Part shown: positions 46,173 to 56,123 of the stretch, one piece after another | How positions within the stretch are numbered: the first letter of the stretch is position 1 | How the letters are laid out: each line of letters starts with the position of its first letter | Translations under genes and position numbers: made by a program | Origin: a bacterium | GTDB taxonomy: Bacteria; Vulcanimicrobiota; Xenobia; Xenobiales; JADMJV01 | Assembly (NCBI GenBank): GCA_030149525.1 | Contig: JASBRJ010000282.1 | Span: forward strand, 14,491 to 78,490 | Direction of reading: 5' to 3' | DNA length: 64,000 nucleotides | Notes under the pieces: model-generated | Database searches by the model: none | What the model was told of the DNA's origin: nothing | What the model saw: only the letters and a program-made list of their open reading frames with translations

Positions 46173-46921
46173 TGCGCGACCCCGACATTCATGCGATGAG
46201 CCGCATAAGCTGCGCCAAAGCCGTTATCGATATTGACCACAGTCACCCCAGGAGCACAGCTGTTGAGCATGGTGAGAAGCGGAGCCACGCCCTGAAAACT
46301 GGCCCCGTAGCCCACTGAGGTGGGCACTCCGATCACGGGGCAGGCAACAAGCCCCCCCACCACGGAAGCCAGGGCTCCATCCATTCCCGCCACCACGATA
46401 ACCACACGAGCCGAGCGAAGAAGCTCTAAGCGACTCAGGATGCGATGAAGGCCTGCCACTCCCACATCCACAACTTTCTCTACTCGACTCCCCATCCAGC
46501 GGAGAGTTAAGCAGGCCTCTTCTGCCACGGGGAGATCGGTGGTGCCGGCGCAGACCACAAGAACATGGCCTTGAAGCGCGTCCGGTGGCTTTCCCACGGT
46601 GAGCACTCGGCCAGCCGAATGATACTCCGCGCCTTCCAACTTTTGGGATATCCACTCACCGGCGCTCCTGTCCACTCGGGTGGCCAAAACGCGAGGGTGT
46701 ACCTCAGCCATTCTGCCCAGGATCTCAGTCAGCTGGTTGCGTGTCTTGCCTTCACCGAAGACTACCTCCGGAAAGCCTTTGCGGAGGGCGCGCTGGTGAT
46801 CAAGACAGGCTTCGTCCAGGTTCTCCAGGGGCCATACCGAGAGCTTTCGGGTAGCCTCTTCGGGTTCCAGCTGCCCTTGACGAACGGCTTGTAGGAGCTT
46901 GAGCAGTTCGTCCTGGTTCAA
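46169..46921 (-). CDS. larB: Nickel-pincer cofactor biosynthesis protein LarB (PurE-like NaAD carboxylase/hydrolase)
   Basis: PurE-like core (GTTDLPVAEEA...VIVVAGMDGALASVVGGLV..PVIGVPTSVGYG) with the LarB-type N-terminal extension; overlaps larC by 4 nt. Confidence 0.75.
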   Translation of the reverse strand: MNQDELLKLLQAVRQGQLEPEEATRKLSVWPLENLDEACLDHQRALRKGFPEVVFGEGKTRNQLTEILGRMAEVHPRVLATRVDRSAGEWISQKLEGAEYHSAGRVLTVGKPPDALQGHVLVVCAGTTDLPVAEEACLTLRWMGSRVEKVVDVGVAGLHRILSRLELLRSARVVIVVAGMDGALASVVGGLVACPVIGVPTSVGYGASFQGVAPLLTMLNSCAPGVTVVNIDNGFGAAYAAHRMNVGVAQ

Positions 46922-47742
46922 TCGAGCACCCGCAGTTTCAGAATTTCGTTCATGCTCCCCGATCTCAGACCCATAAGATCAAGCGTCACGTAGACGAAGC
47001 CCAGGCGACGAAACTGGTCTGAGATCAGTTCTCTCTGATCCAATAACTCCTGAAGGCGGGGGAGGGGAACCTCGATTCGAGCCAGACCGTCGTGATGTCG
47101 AACTCGACAGCTTTCAAAACCGAGCGATTTGAGCAGGGCTTCTCCCTCTTCTACCATTCTCAATTTGGCAGCACTCACCGGGGTCTGATAGGCGATTCGG
47201 GAAGCGAGACAGGCCTGAGCGGGTAGGTCCCAGGTCTCCAGGCCGAATGTTTGAGAGAGTCGTCGCAAGGCAGGCTTCGTGAGTCCCGCTTCAGCCAGAG
47301 GAGCGGTAACGTTGGCCAGTTGAGCCGCCCGAGCCCCAGGACGATGATCGGACTGATCTTCGGGTATGGCACCGTAGGCCAGAGTGGAGAAATTCAGCTC
47401 TGCGGCAAGCGCCTTCATTCGGGTAAACAGTTCCGTCTTACAATGAAAACAGCGGTCCGGATCGTTTTTCCGGTAGTCTGGCTTCTGAAGCTCTTCCGTT
47501 TCGATTTCCTGATGCCTGAAGCCGACCTGACGGGCGATGCGGGCGGCTCTTTGACGGTCGGCCTGGGCAAGCGATGGAGAGACCGCGGTTACGGCAAGTG
47601 ATCTGTCGCCCAGCGACTGGTGGGCGGCATAGGCCAGAAGCGTTGAGTCAAGTCCGCCGGAATAGGCCACCAGCAACGAATCGAAACCTTTCAGCGTCTC
47701 CAGGAGCTTATCGTATCGCCGTATGTCATCGTTTTCAGCCAT
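46918..47742 (-). CDS. larE: ATP-dependent sulfur transferase LarE (PP-loop ATP pyrophosphatase)
   Basis: SGGLDS PP-loop; Cys residues in DRCFHCK and AQACLASR. Overlaps larB by 4 nt. Confidence 0.7.
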   Translation of the reverse strand: MAENDDIRRYDKLLETLKGFDSLLVAYSGGLDSTLLAYAAHQSLGDRSLAVTAVSPSLAQADRQRAARIARQVGFRHQEIETEELQKPDYRKNDPDRCFHCKTELFTRMKALAAELNFSTLAYGAIPEDQSDHRPGARAAQLANVTAPLAEAGLTKPALRRLSQTFGLETWDLPAQACLASRIAYQTPVSAAKLRMVEEGEALLKSLGFESCRVRHHDGLARIEVPLPRLQELLDQRELISDQFRRLGFVYVTLDLMGLRSGSMNEILKLRVLD

Positions 47743-47826
47743 GCCGTCAAAGTTCCGGTCTTATCGGCACCTCACCTTTGCTCCCCAAATTACGTTTCTT
47801 TGACGATTCTCGGCTAATCTTAAGCC

Positions 47827-49125
47827 ATGAGAATAGGATCCGTTACCTTCTTTGACCCCACGAGAAAACAGGCCGCCGACAGCACAGCCGGCGCCTTCAT
47901 CGGATCCGCCTGCTCCGTTATCCCCAACCCGATCGCCCGTGCGGCCGTGGGCGCCATCGGTCAGGCGGTATACAGCGCTCTTTCCGACAAGGTGAGCCTG
48001 AGTATGGACCCGATCCAGCCGTTCAACAATCGTCCGTTGGAAGCCCAGAAACTCCACCAGCAACGAACCTTTCTCAATATCGCCAAGGGAGCCCTCACCG
48101 GACTGGCTTCAAGCGGTGGATGGATGGCGGGAGCCGCCGCCGGAGCCGCCCTGGGCACACTCAACATTCCTCAGCAAGCCCCAGTCGGCGAGGCGGGTAA
48201 CGTCAACGGCCTGAAAACCATGGAGGTCGACAAGCTGTGGGAGAAAGGCCTCACCGGCAAGGGAGTTGGCGTTGCCGTTCTCGATAGCGGTTGCGCCAAG
48301 CATCCGGATCTGGAAGGCAAGATCGTTCATTTTCAAGACTTCTTCTACAAAAAGCCGGAGCAGTACGACAACGGATTTCATGGCACGGGTGTCTGCACGC
48401 TCCTTGCCGGTAGCGGTGAGAGCCTGGATGGAAAAGTTAAGGGAGTAGCTCCTGATGTGAGTCTGTCCGTTCTCAAGGTGACGGACACCGAGGGGGCTCT
48501 TGAATCCTTCGAAGTTCTCAAAGCCCTCAAGTGGGTGGAAGAGAATCGCGAGAAGCACAATATCCAGGTGGTCAACATGTCTTTCGGTTTGCCGGACGGG
48601 TTTAGCGAGGTCAACGAGGCGATCGAGCGGCTCGCTTCAAAAGGAGTCCTGGTGGCGACCTCGGCGGGCAACGAAGGGCCAAAGCCCAAGCCCCTGGACC
48701 CTTTTAAGGCCAATCCCAACCTTATCACCGTGACCAGTTCCGATACCCGGGGCACGGTTGACGGTCATGACGACGTTCTCAGTAGCACCGCCAGTCGTCC
48801 CCGTCCCCAGGACCCTGGGGGCATCGACGTAGCGATTCCCGGAATGGATATCATTGCTGGAGGCGACAAGGGGAAATACGTCCGCGTTCAGGATGGGGGC
48901 ACGTCTTATGCTACCGCCCTTCACAGTGGGGTAATGGCCTTATGGAAACAAGCGCTTCCTGAGATCACCATTCAAGATGTGGAAGCAGCGATAAAAGCCA
49001 CTTCGGCACCTCTTGCCGACGGAACGTCCGAACTCGAGCAAGGACACGGCGCCCTGCGAGCCGCGGCAGGGCTTGAATTTCTGGAGAAACGACTCGGTCG
49101 AAGCATTTCCGCAGTGCCGTCCTAA
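47827..49125 (+). CDS. S8 family serine peptidase (subtilisin-like) with Gly/Ala-rich N-terminal region
   Basis: Catalytic triad motifs VAVLDSGC (Asp), HGTGVCTLLAG (His), GGTSYATALHSG (Ser). No obvious signal peptide. Confidence 0.8.
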   Translation: MRIGSVTFFDPTRKQAADSTAGAFIGSACSVIPNPIARAAVGAIGQAVYSALSDKVSLSMDPIQPFNNRPLEAQKLHQQRTFLNIAKGALTGLASSGGWMAGAAAGAALGTLNIPQQAPVGEAGNVNGLKTMEVDKLWEKGLTGKGVGVAVLDSGCAKHPDLEGKIVHFQDFFYKKPEQYDNGFHGTGVCTLLAGSGESLDGKVKGVAPDVSLSVLKVTDTEGALESFEVLKALKWVEENREKHNIQVVNMSFGLPDGFSEVNEAIERLASKGVLVATSAGNEGPKPKPLDPFKANPNLITVTSSDTRGTVDGHDDVLSSTASRPRPQDPGGIDVAIPGMDIIAGGDKGKYVRVQDGGTSYATALHSGVMALWKQALPEITIQDVEAAIKATSAPLADGTSELEQGHGALRAAAGLEFLEKRLGRSISAVPS

Positions 49126-49174
49126 AAAACGCCCACCGGCACCGCCTATCCAGCAACTCCCAAGACATTGGGTT

Positions 49175-50986
49175 CTAGAACGGGAAAAGTCGAGGCAGCA
49201 GCAACACCGAAAGCAGCATGACGACGAGTTGTAAGGGCACTCCAACTTTCACGAAGTCGGTGAACTTGTAGCGTCCGGGGCTCATAACCAGCATATTGAC
49301 CGGTGAAGCCACTGGTGTGGCGAAAGCCGCCGAGGCCGCCACCGCAACGGTCATCAAAAAGGAATGGGGCGCCACTTGAGCTTGCTCTGCCGCCACCATC
49401 GCTATCGGCGTGACAATCACGGTTGTGGCCGTGTTTGAGATGAACTGGCTGAAAATTGAGGTCAGTAAGAAGAGCCCGATCATGGTGAACTGCGGTCCGT
49501 AGGTGCCCAGGTTGTTGGACAAAAACTCCGCCACCAGGGTAACGCCACCGGTTTTCTCCAAAGCGCTTGCCATGGGAAGCATGGTGGCGATGAGAATTAA
49601 GCTCTGCCAACTGACGCTGCGATAAGCATCCTCGGTACTCAGACATCCCGTCAGTAGCGCGGCTACGGCGACCATAAGGACCACCATGACCGACGGAACC
49701 GAACTGAAGGTCATCAAACCGAGCATAGCGAGGGTTAATAGCACCGCCACCCAGGCGCGATTGTGTCGAAAATCCTCCACCGGGTTCTCACTCGGCATCC
49801 CTGTCACCACAAAATTGAAGCGCTCGGACCGAAGGTTGGCGAGCGCTCGAAAACTGCCGGCCACCAGGAGGGTGTCGCCAAATTTGAATCGCTGATGGGG
49901 AAGATCCTCTAACAAAACTCCCCGACGCTTTCCCGCTATAACGTTGACGCGATATCGGTCCTGAAAACGACTGGTGGTCAGCGTTCGTCCTAAAAGACCC
50001 GATCGTGGAGTCAAAAGAACTTCAGCCAATCCTCCACGAGCGTTGACATCGGTATAGCTCTGCAGATCGGGGAGTTGCTCTAAACTCAGATCTCGAACGA
50101 CCTTTTCCAGGTCTTGCTCCTCGCCGTGGAGATAAAGAATTTGACCGGGACGAAGAGTGTGATCGGCTACCGCTTGGTGGAGGGGATCGACTTCCTTCTC
50201 CTGTTGAAAGCCCAGAAGGTTGAGGTGGAAGTCCTCTCGCAGCCCGGAATCTCTCAGACACCTACCTACCAGAGGAGACTCTTCGAGAATCCGAAGCCGC
50301 CGAAGGTGATGTTTGAGGTCGTACTCTCCGGCCAATTGGTGGGTGGTGAGGTTAGTTTCCTCCGAATTCTTATCGACGTTCCCCTTCAAAAGCCTCGGAC
50401 CTACGAAATTCATATACACGATAGACACTCCCAGTATGATGAGGCCCATGGGGGTGAAGCTGAAGAAGTTGAATCGCTCTAAGCCGGCTTCCATGAGCGC
50501 CTCTTGAACAACCAGGTTGGGTGCGGTTCCCACCAGAGTCAACATCCCACCTATGAGACAACCTGCGGAAAGAGGCATGAGAAGTCGTTGTACCGGTATG
50601 CGAGTGCTCTGAGAAACACCCAGAACAGCCGGGATCAGAATGGCCACCGTTCCAGTGGAACTCATGAAAGCCGAGAGGAGAGCGGACAGAATCATGGTCA
50701 AGGCGATCAATCGGGTGGGGTTGCTGCCACCTTTTTGAGAGAGCCAGTCACCTAGTGAAGCTGCCACTCCGGTGCGAAACAGAGCACCTCCGACCACGAA
50801 CAGAGCCGCTAAGGTGACAACAACCGGATTGGAGAATCCCGCCAGGGCTTCGTTGATAGTGACAAGACCGGACAAGTAAAGGGCCAAAAGCGCCATCAAA
50901 CCCACCAGATCGAGAGCCAGTTTGTCACTCATGAAGAGAATCACGGTGACAAAAAGGATCAAAAAGACAAGAGCAACCTCACTCAT
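49175..50986 (-). CDS. SLC13/DASS-family permease with two central TrkA-C (RCK_C) domains
   Basis: N- and C-terminal polytopic halves flank a ~200-aa soluble insert with TrkA-C-like repeats, the typical SLC13 permease architecture. Confidence 0.7.
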   Translation of the reverse strand: MSEVALVFLILFVTVILFMSDKLALDLVGLMALLALYLSGLVTINEALAGFSNPVVVTLAALFVVGGALFRTGVAASLGDWLSQKGGSNPTRLIALTMILSALLSAFMSSTGTVAILIPAVLGVSQSTRIPVQRLLMPLSAGCLIGGMLTLVGTAPNLVVQEALMEAGLERFNFFSFTPMGLIILGVSIVYMNFVGPRLLKGNVDKNSEETNLTTHQLAGEYDLKHHLRRLRILEESPLVGRCLRDSGLREDFHLNLLGFQQEKEVDPLHQAVADHTLRPGQILYLHGEEQDLEKVVRDLSLEQLPDLQSYTDVNARGGLAEVLLTPRSGLLGRTLTTSRFQDRYRVNVIAGKRRGVLLEDLPHQRFKFGDTLLVAGSFRALANLRSERFNFVVTGMPSENPVEDFRHNRAWVAVLLTLAMLGLMTFSSVPSVMVVLMVAVAALLTGCLSTEDAYRSVSWQSLILIATMLPMASALEKTGGVTLVAEFLSNNLGTYGPQFTMIGLFLLTSIFSQFISNTATTVIVTPIAMVAAEQAQVAPHSFLMTVAVAASAAFATPVASPVNMLVMSPGRYKFTDFVKVGVPLQLVVMLLSVLLLPRLFPF

Positions 50987-50998
50987 AGGCCATAAGCT

Positions 50999-52783
50999 CT
51001 ATCCGTATTTGAGGACGGCTAGAATTCCCAAAACAACGATGGCGTAGAGGGCACTCTGTCCGACTGGAAGAGCATTCTTCTGGAATCTGTGGTACGCCCT
51101 CTGTTGTGTTTCCTGAATGCGCTCTTCGGGCTCACCGCGGAGAGTATAGAAAATTCTGATCAGGTAGGCCGACACTCTGGCAGGCGCGTGAGAGAAGAAG
51201 TGGGCGACTCGTTTGGGAATCCATCTTAAAAAGACCGCGTCACCTAAACGATTGAGGCCGTTAAGACCCTGATCCATCAAGTATCCTACGCCTCCGATCG
51301 CTTTGCCCAAAAGATAGTCGAAGTCCAGATTTTTGGAACGGATTTCGGCCGGGTAGACCCCTGCCAATAGCATCAGGGTGAAGGCCAGAGCTGAGTAGAG
51401 CAAGAGTTCCGTCTGGGCCAGGATATGATCGGCGGTGTACGGGTGATATTCGTTGGCAAAAGGGAGTAAAGTATAGACGGTGGAGTCGGGGAAACATCCA
51501 AAAACAACGCATAAAACGGCCGAGGCGATCATGGCCGCCTGCATAGTTTTGGGAACTTCCTGAACTTTATGGCCTGAGTCGTGACCGAAGAAGGCGAAGA
51601 AGGGGATCTTGATTCCGGCGTGGTGGAAAACACCGGCGGAAGCGAAGATCAAAACGAGCCAAACAAAGGTGTAGGGGTGATCACCACTTCCCGCGGCACT
51701 TGTGATCATACTCTTTGACACAAAACCGGAGAATCCGGGAAAGGCCGAGATGGAGGCGGCGCCGACAATGCAGCAAACCGCACTTACCGGCATCATTTTG
51801 GCCAGACCGCCCAGGTCTGTGGCCGTGGCGTAACCTGTACGATAAAGACAGGCACCCACCGTCATGAAAAGGAGCCCCTTAAAGACAAGGTCGGTGATGG
51901 CGTGACAAACAGCTCCGTTGAGAGCCAGTTCCGTTCCGATTCCGACTCCTACCACCATAAAGCCCACCTGGTTGATAAGAGAATAGGCTAGAACACGTCG
52001 AAGATCGTTCTCGATCACGGCGAAGAAAATGGGAAAGGCTGCCATCAGAGTTCCGATAACGATCAGTAGCTTAACTCCCGGAAAGAAGACCAGGAGGGCG
52101 TAAACGGCTGTCTTGGTGGTGAAGGCCGACAAGAAGAGAACCCCGGAGACAGACGCTTCCGGGTAGGCGTCGGTAAGCCATGTGTGGACCAGAGGCCAGG
52201 CGCAGTTGATCCCGATTCCAAAGAAGATAAGCCAGGCGCCCGGACTGTCAAGACTTATGGGTCCGATGGTGGCATCATATCCGGCCGAAAGTCGCCATAG
52301 GATACCCATAAGTAACAGCAGTCCGCCCGCTATATGATAGATCAGGTAGCGAAAAGCGGCTCGACGCGATTTGCCGTTGCGCCCTCCGAACACCAGGACA
52401 GTGGCGGACAGAGCCAGGACCTCCCAGGCGCAGTAGAAGGTGAAGAGATCGCCTGCCAACACGGCCCCCACGGCGGCCGCCGCATAGACCAGTGCGGCAC
52501 AGTCTTCATCCCGTCTATCGAGGGGCCGGGCGAACAACAAGCCCAGAAAGGCCACGGAACAGAAAATTACGGCGAAAGGCCGGTTCCAAACCGTGGGCGC
52601 CATCAGTTGCAGATCTAAGAACCCGCCCAGAGAGGCGATGAGCTTGATCTCTCCCAGTTGCCAGGCACACGACATGGCCACAACAGGGCTCGCCAGCACC
52701 AGGAGGTGTCGAAAAATTCCCCGAGGGAGAAGCGCAAGACACGCCCCGAGCAAAAGGAATATGGAGGGGTGGAGAGCGCTCAT
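50999..52783 (-). CDS. Mrp/complex-I antiporter-like subunit (NuoL/MrpA/MrpD family), third copy in cluster
   Basis: 594-aa polytopic protein with the proton-conducting transporter core (TKTAVYALL..., NDLRRVLAYSLINQVGFMVVGVGIG); lacks the MrpB-like C-terminal domain of canonical MrpA. Confidence 0.7.
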   Translation of the reverse strand: MSALHPSIFLLLGACLALLPRGIFRHLLVLASPVVAMSCAWQLGEIKLIASLGGFLDLQLMAPTVWNRPFAVIFCSVAFLGLLFARPLDRRDEDCAALVYAAAAVGAVLAGDLFTFYCAWEVLALSATVLVFGGRNGKSRRAAFRYLIYHIAGGLLLLMGILWRLSAGYDATIGPISLDSPGAWLIFFGIGINCAWPLVHTWLTDAYPEASVSGVLFLSAFTTKTAVYALLVFFPGVKLLIVIGTLMAAFPIFFAVIENDLRRVLAYSLINQVGFMVVGVGIGTELALNGAVCHAITDLVFKGLLFMTVGACLYRTGYATATDLGGLAKMMPVSAVCCIVGAASISAFPGFSGFVSKSMITSAAGSGDHPYTFVWLVLIFASAGVFHHAGIKIPFFAFFGHDSGHKVQEVPKTMQAAMIASAVLCVVFGCFPDSTVYTLLPFANEYHPYTADHILAQTELLLYSALAFTLMLLAGVYPAEIRSKNLDFDYLLGKAIGGVGYLMDQGLNGLNRLGDAVFLRWIPKRVAHFFSHAPARVSAYLIRIFYTLRGEPEERIQETQQRAYHRFQKNALPVGQSALYAIVVLGILAVLKYG

Positions 52784-53001
52784 TCGTCGGTCTCCTCGTC
52801 TCTCATCACGATGGGACGAAGGCCGTATTTGGCGATGTAAACTAGAACCACGCAGCTAAAGAACCCGTAGGCTCCATAGAACCCATACCAGTTTTCCCAC
52901 ACAAAGTGGCTGTGTGTTCTGGGTACGAAGACGTCGACCACCAGAATGAGAACGCAAAGACTGAAAAAGACGCGTAGAATATTCTTGGTAGATTGACTCA
53001 T
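52780..53001 (-). CDS. Small two-TM membrane protein embedded in the Mrp cluster
   Basis: 73-aa ORF with two hydrophobic helices; overlaps the downstream antiporter-like gene start by 4 nt. Confidence 0.4.
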   Translation of the reverse strand: MSQSTKNILRVFFSLCVLILVVDVFVPRTHSHFVWENWYGFYGAYGFFSCVVLVYIAKYGLRPIVMRDEETDE

Positions 53002-53157
53002 CTAGTGAGCACCGCTCCCGATCACAAAATGAGAACCCACTTTGAGAAAAATCAGCCCAAGATAAGCTGTCAAGGCCCAGAAAACGATACCGAAAACCTT
53101 GGGGAAAGGGGGTAGGGGATCATGGGCTAGAATTTTGTTCGGATGTTCGACGGACAC

Positions 53158-54642
53158 TTATAAACCTCCGCGGCTAAGAACTTGCTCGGCAAACGCCTCA
53201 GCCAGTCTGAGAATAGGGTCGGGAAAGAAGAAAAGGACAACCGAACCGGTGGCAGTCAGGAGAAGCGGAAATCGCATGAGCCAGCCGCAGTCGCCTTCGG
53301 GGAGATGTTCCCCCTTGGGTGTTGGAGCGAAGTAAGCTCGGAAGATGATGGGGAAGAAGGCCCACGCCTTGAGCAAGGATGAGACCAGCAAGAATCCCGC
53401 AATAAGCGGCATTCCGGCCTTTAAGGCTGCGGTCACGATGAGCCATTTGCTCAAAAAACCTCCGGTGGGTGGAAGCCCGATAATGGCCAGGCATCCTAAT
53501 GTGAAGGCCCCGAATGTCCACGGCATGGAGCGACCCAGGCCGTCGAACTGTGAGATGTATTTCTTGTGAGCGTGACAAGCGATGGCTCCTGCACAGAAAA
53601 AGAGCGTAATCTTGCCGAAGGCGTGCATAAAAATGTGAGCGCAACCACCTGTGATACCGGTCTTGTTGAAAAACGAAACGGCCAGCAAGATATAGGAGAG
53701 CTGTCCTATGGTGGAAAAAGCGAGACATCGTTTCAGGTTGTCCTGGCTCACCATGAGAGCCGCGGACACCACAACCGTGAGGGTGCAAAGAGTTGTGACC
53801 AGGTATCTGGTATGATGCTCGGTCAAAAAGGCCGGTCCCAGGACATCGCAGAGGGAGCGTATCACACTGAAGACTCCCACTTTCACCACCGCTACGGCGT
53901 GAAGAAGTGAAGAGACGGGAGTGGGGGCCACCATGGCTCCCGGAAGCCAGGCGTGCATAGGCATGACGGCCGCCTTAGAAAAGCCGTAGAGAAAGGCGAG
54001 TGTGATGAGAGCCGCCGACCAACCACCCTGTTGGAGAACAAGGCCCACACTTCCAAAAGTGAGGTTGCCCGCTTTGACATAAACGGTGATGAGAGCGGGC
54101 AGGACCAAACCTACCGACCCTCCCATAATAAAAGCGAGGTAACGCCTGCCGGCGCTGCGAGCTTCGGCATCTTGGTGGTGAGTGACCAGAGGATAAGTAG
54201 AAAGAGAGAGGATTTCGTAGAAAACGTAAAGGGTGAGAAGGTTGCTGGAAATGGCAACGCCGTTGGTGGCCGCGATGGCGACGCAAAACATAGAAAAAAA
54301 TCGCGTTTGGTTCTTCTCATGGTGGCCGCGAAGATAACCGGCGGAGTACAATGTTGCCAGAGGCCACAAGAAAGCCGCTGTGAGAAGAAGTATGAAGCCG
54401 AGAGAGTCTATCTGAAAGCTCAGAGGAACATTAGGCAAGAGATAGCCCAGATTGAGTTCCGGTAAGGCGCCTCGTTGAGATGCTCCGTAGAGTGAGATCA
54501 CCACGAACAGATTGAAGAAGCTTCCGAAGAGAGAGAAATTCTCTCGCAGATTCTCGTTGCCTCGCGCTAGATAAAGAAGTGGCAGGACAGCGAGCGGTAT
54601 CAAAACGAGAAGGATCATAAAGAGACTGCTAGGATCGTTCAT
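53158..54642 (-). CDS. Mrp antiporter subunit D-like (NuoM/N family), copy 2
   Basis: 494-aa proton-conducting transporter-family membrane protein; overlaps the upstream D-like gene by 4 nt. Confidence 0.75.
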   Translation of the reverse strand: MNDPSSLFMILLVLIPLAVLPLLYLARGNENLRENFSLFGSFFNLFVVISLYGASQRGALPELNLGYLLPNVPLSFQIDSLGFILLLTAAFLWPLATLYSAGYLRGHHEKNQTRFFSMFCVAIAATNGVAISSNLLTLYVFYEILSLSTYPLVTHHQDAEARSAGRRYLAFIMGGSVGLVLPALITVYVKAGNLTFGSVGLVLQQGGWSAALITLAFLYGFSKAAVMPMHAWLPGAMVAPTPVSSLLHAVAVVKVGVFSVIRSLCDVLGPAFLTEHHTRYLVTTLCTLTVVVSAALMVSQDNLKRCLAFSTIGQLSYILLAVSFFNKTGITGGCAHIFMHAFGKITLFFCAGAIACHAHKKYISQFDGLGRSMPWTFGAFTLGCLAIIGLPPTGGFLSKWLIVTAALKAGMPLIAGFLLVSSLLKAWAFFPIIFRAYFAPTPKGEHLPEGDCGWLMRFPLLLTATGSVVLFFFPDPILRLAEAFAEQVLSRGGL

Positions 54643-56123
54643 AAGCTCACCACCGGTTTTATGAAGGTTTCCATGATGTTGTAGGAGGACAGGCCGATCA
54701 GGTAGAGGGAGGCAGCCACGGCCGCCGCCAGGGCCCCCGCTCTTTGACCGTCCAACGAGAGTGCGCTCTCTCCCTCTTCGGCAACGATCGGGTTGAAATA
54801 GGCGACCTCTATAATCCTGAAGAAGATCACCAGGTTACCTAGAGACGCCAGCAGCAAAGCGACTACGAACTGGTAATGGCCCGAAGCCACAGCTCCGGTG
54901 AGGAGGGTCGCCTTACTGAAGAAGCCGGCTGAGGGCGGTACGCCGATGAGATTGAACGAGACCAGGATGAGGGCAAGCACGGTGAGAGGCGAGCGCTGGA
55001 AAAGGCCTTTGACGTCGTGGAGATTACGACCACCTACCGATTGCTGAACGGCGATCACCACAAGGAACAGAGCCAGAGTCGCTACCGCATCGTTGACCAG
55101 GTGAAATAAGGCTCCGATGGTGCCTCGCGAGTCGGAGAGCCATAGCCCTCCCAACATATAGCCGGCCTCGGCAACAATAAGACAGGAAAAGATCTTCTTC
55201 AGATCCCGTTGGGCCAGAGAAAGTGAGGTGCCGGCTAGGATGCCGAAACTCGCCAAAAAGACAACCGCCCAGGACCAAGAGACAAGCGATTTAGGAATGA
55301 CCCCGATGAAGAGATCGTCGAGAATTCGAAACATCAAGAAAACGGCGAGCTTGGTGGAAAGGGGGGCAACCAGAACTGAGGTTGCGTCCGGCGCGTAAGT
55401 GTAGGCGTTGGGGAGCCAAAAGTGGAGCGGAAAGACCGCCATTTTTAAAAGAAGACCGGTGACTAGAAAGGCCAGGGCCAGGACGAAGGCTTTGCTCAGT
55501 TGCTGGGAGGCGATGGAGTCGGCAAGGTCGGTGATGTTGAGGGTTCCCGTTTTGATATAGAGATAACCTACGCCGATGAGGTAAAAACTGGCGCCGATGG
55601 TTCCCATAACGATGTAGTGGAAGGTGGCAAGGTAAGCTCGACCGCCACCGAAGGCGATGAGACCGTAGGTGGCCAGACTCGAGATCTCCAACATGACGTA
55701 GAGGTTGAAGGCGTCGTTAGAAAGACACAAACCTTGAAAAGCTGCCACCAGGAGAAAGAAAAGCGCCAGAAAGTGGGGGAGACGATGGCCCACCTGGCGG
55801 TCCCAGGTGCAGACTCCACCTAGAAAACCGACCAGGGCGACGGCGGCTATCAAGCAGCTTAAAAATCCGCAAAAGATATTCGCCTTTAACTCGATCCCCA
55901 GGGAAAGGGCATCGGCCGGGTCTCTATTCCAGCCACTCACCGTGTAGATAAGAGTGCCTTGACTCACCACTCGAAGCAGAAGGGCTGCCGCTAGTCCGTT
56001 GAGGGCAACCAGGTTCAGGCTACCCCATAGAGTCATGAGCCGTTTGTTGGCAGGTAGCAACGAAGTCACCACCCCGGTGAGTAGCGGCCACACTATAACC
56101 AGTATGATCAGTTGATCACTCAC
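54639..56123 (-). CDS. Mrp antiporter subunit D-like (NuoM/N family), copy 1
   Basis: 494-aa antiporter-like subunit; overlaps mrpC by 4 nt. Confidence 0.75.
   Translation of the reverse strand: MSDQLIILVIVWPLLTGVVTSLLPANKRLMTLWGSLNLVALNGLAAALLLRVVSQGTLIYTVSGWNRDPADALSLGIELKANIFCGFLSCLIAAVALVGFLGGVCTWDRQVGHRLPHFLALFFLLVAAFQGLCLSNDAFNLYVMLEISSLATYGLIAFGGGRAYLATFHYIVMGTIGASFYLIGVGYLYIKTGTLNITDLADSIASQQLSKAFVLALAFLVTGLLLKMAVFPLHFWLPNAYTYAPDATSVLVAPLSTKLAVFLMFRILDDLFIGVIPKSLVSWSWAVVFLASFGILAGTSLSLAQRDLKKIFSCLIVAEAGYMLGGLWLSDSRGTIGALFHLVNDAVATLALFLVVIAVQQSVGGRNLHDVKGLFQRSPLTVLALILVSFNLIGVPPSAGFFSKATLLTGAVASGHYQFVVALLLASLGNLVIFFRIIEVAYFNPIVAEEGESALSLDGQRAGALAAAVAASLYLIGLSSYNIMETFIKPVVSL

Noticed and set aside
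53002-53157. 157-nt gap in the Mrp cluster as a possible missed small gene
   Set aside because: Only very short ORFs (<25 aa) are present on the operon strand. It is left as a possible internal promoter/UTR and mentioned under the Mrp finding rather than called as a feature.
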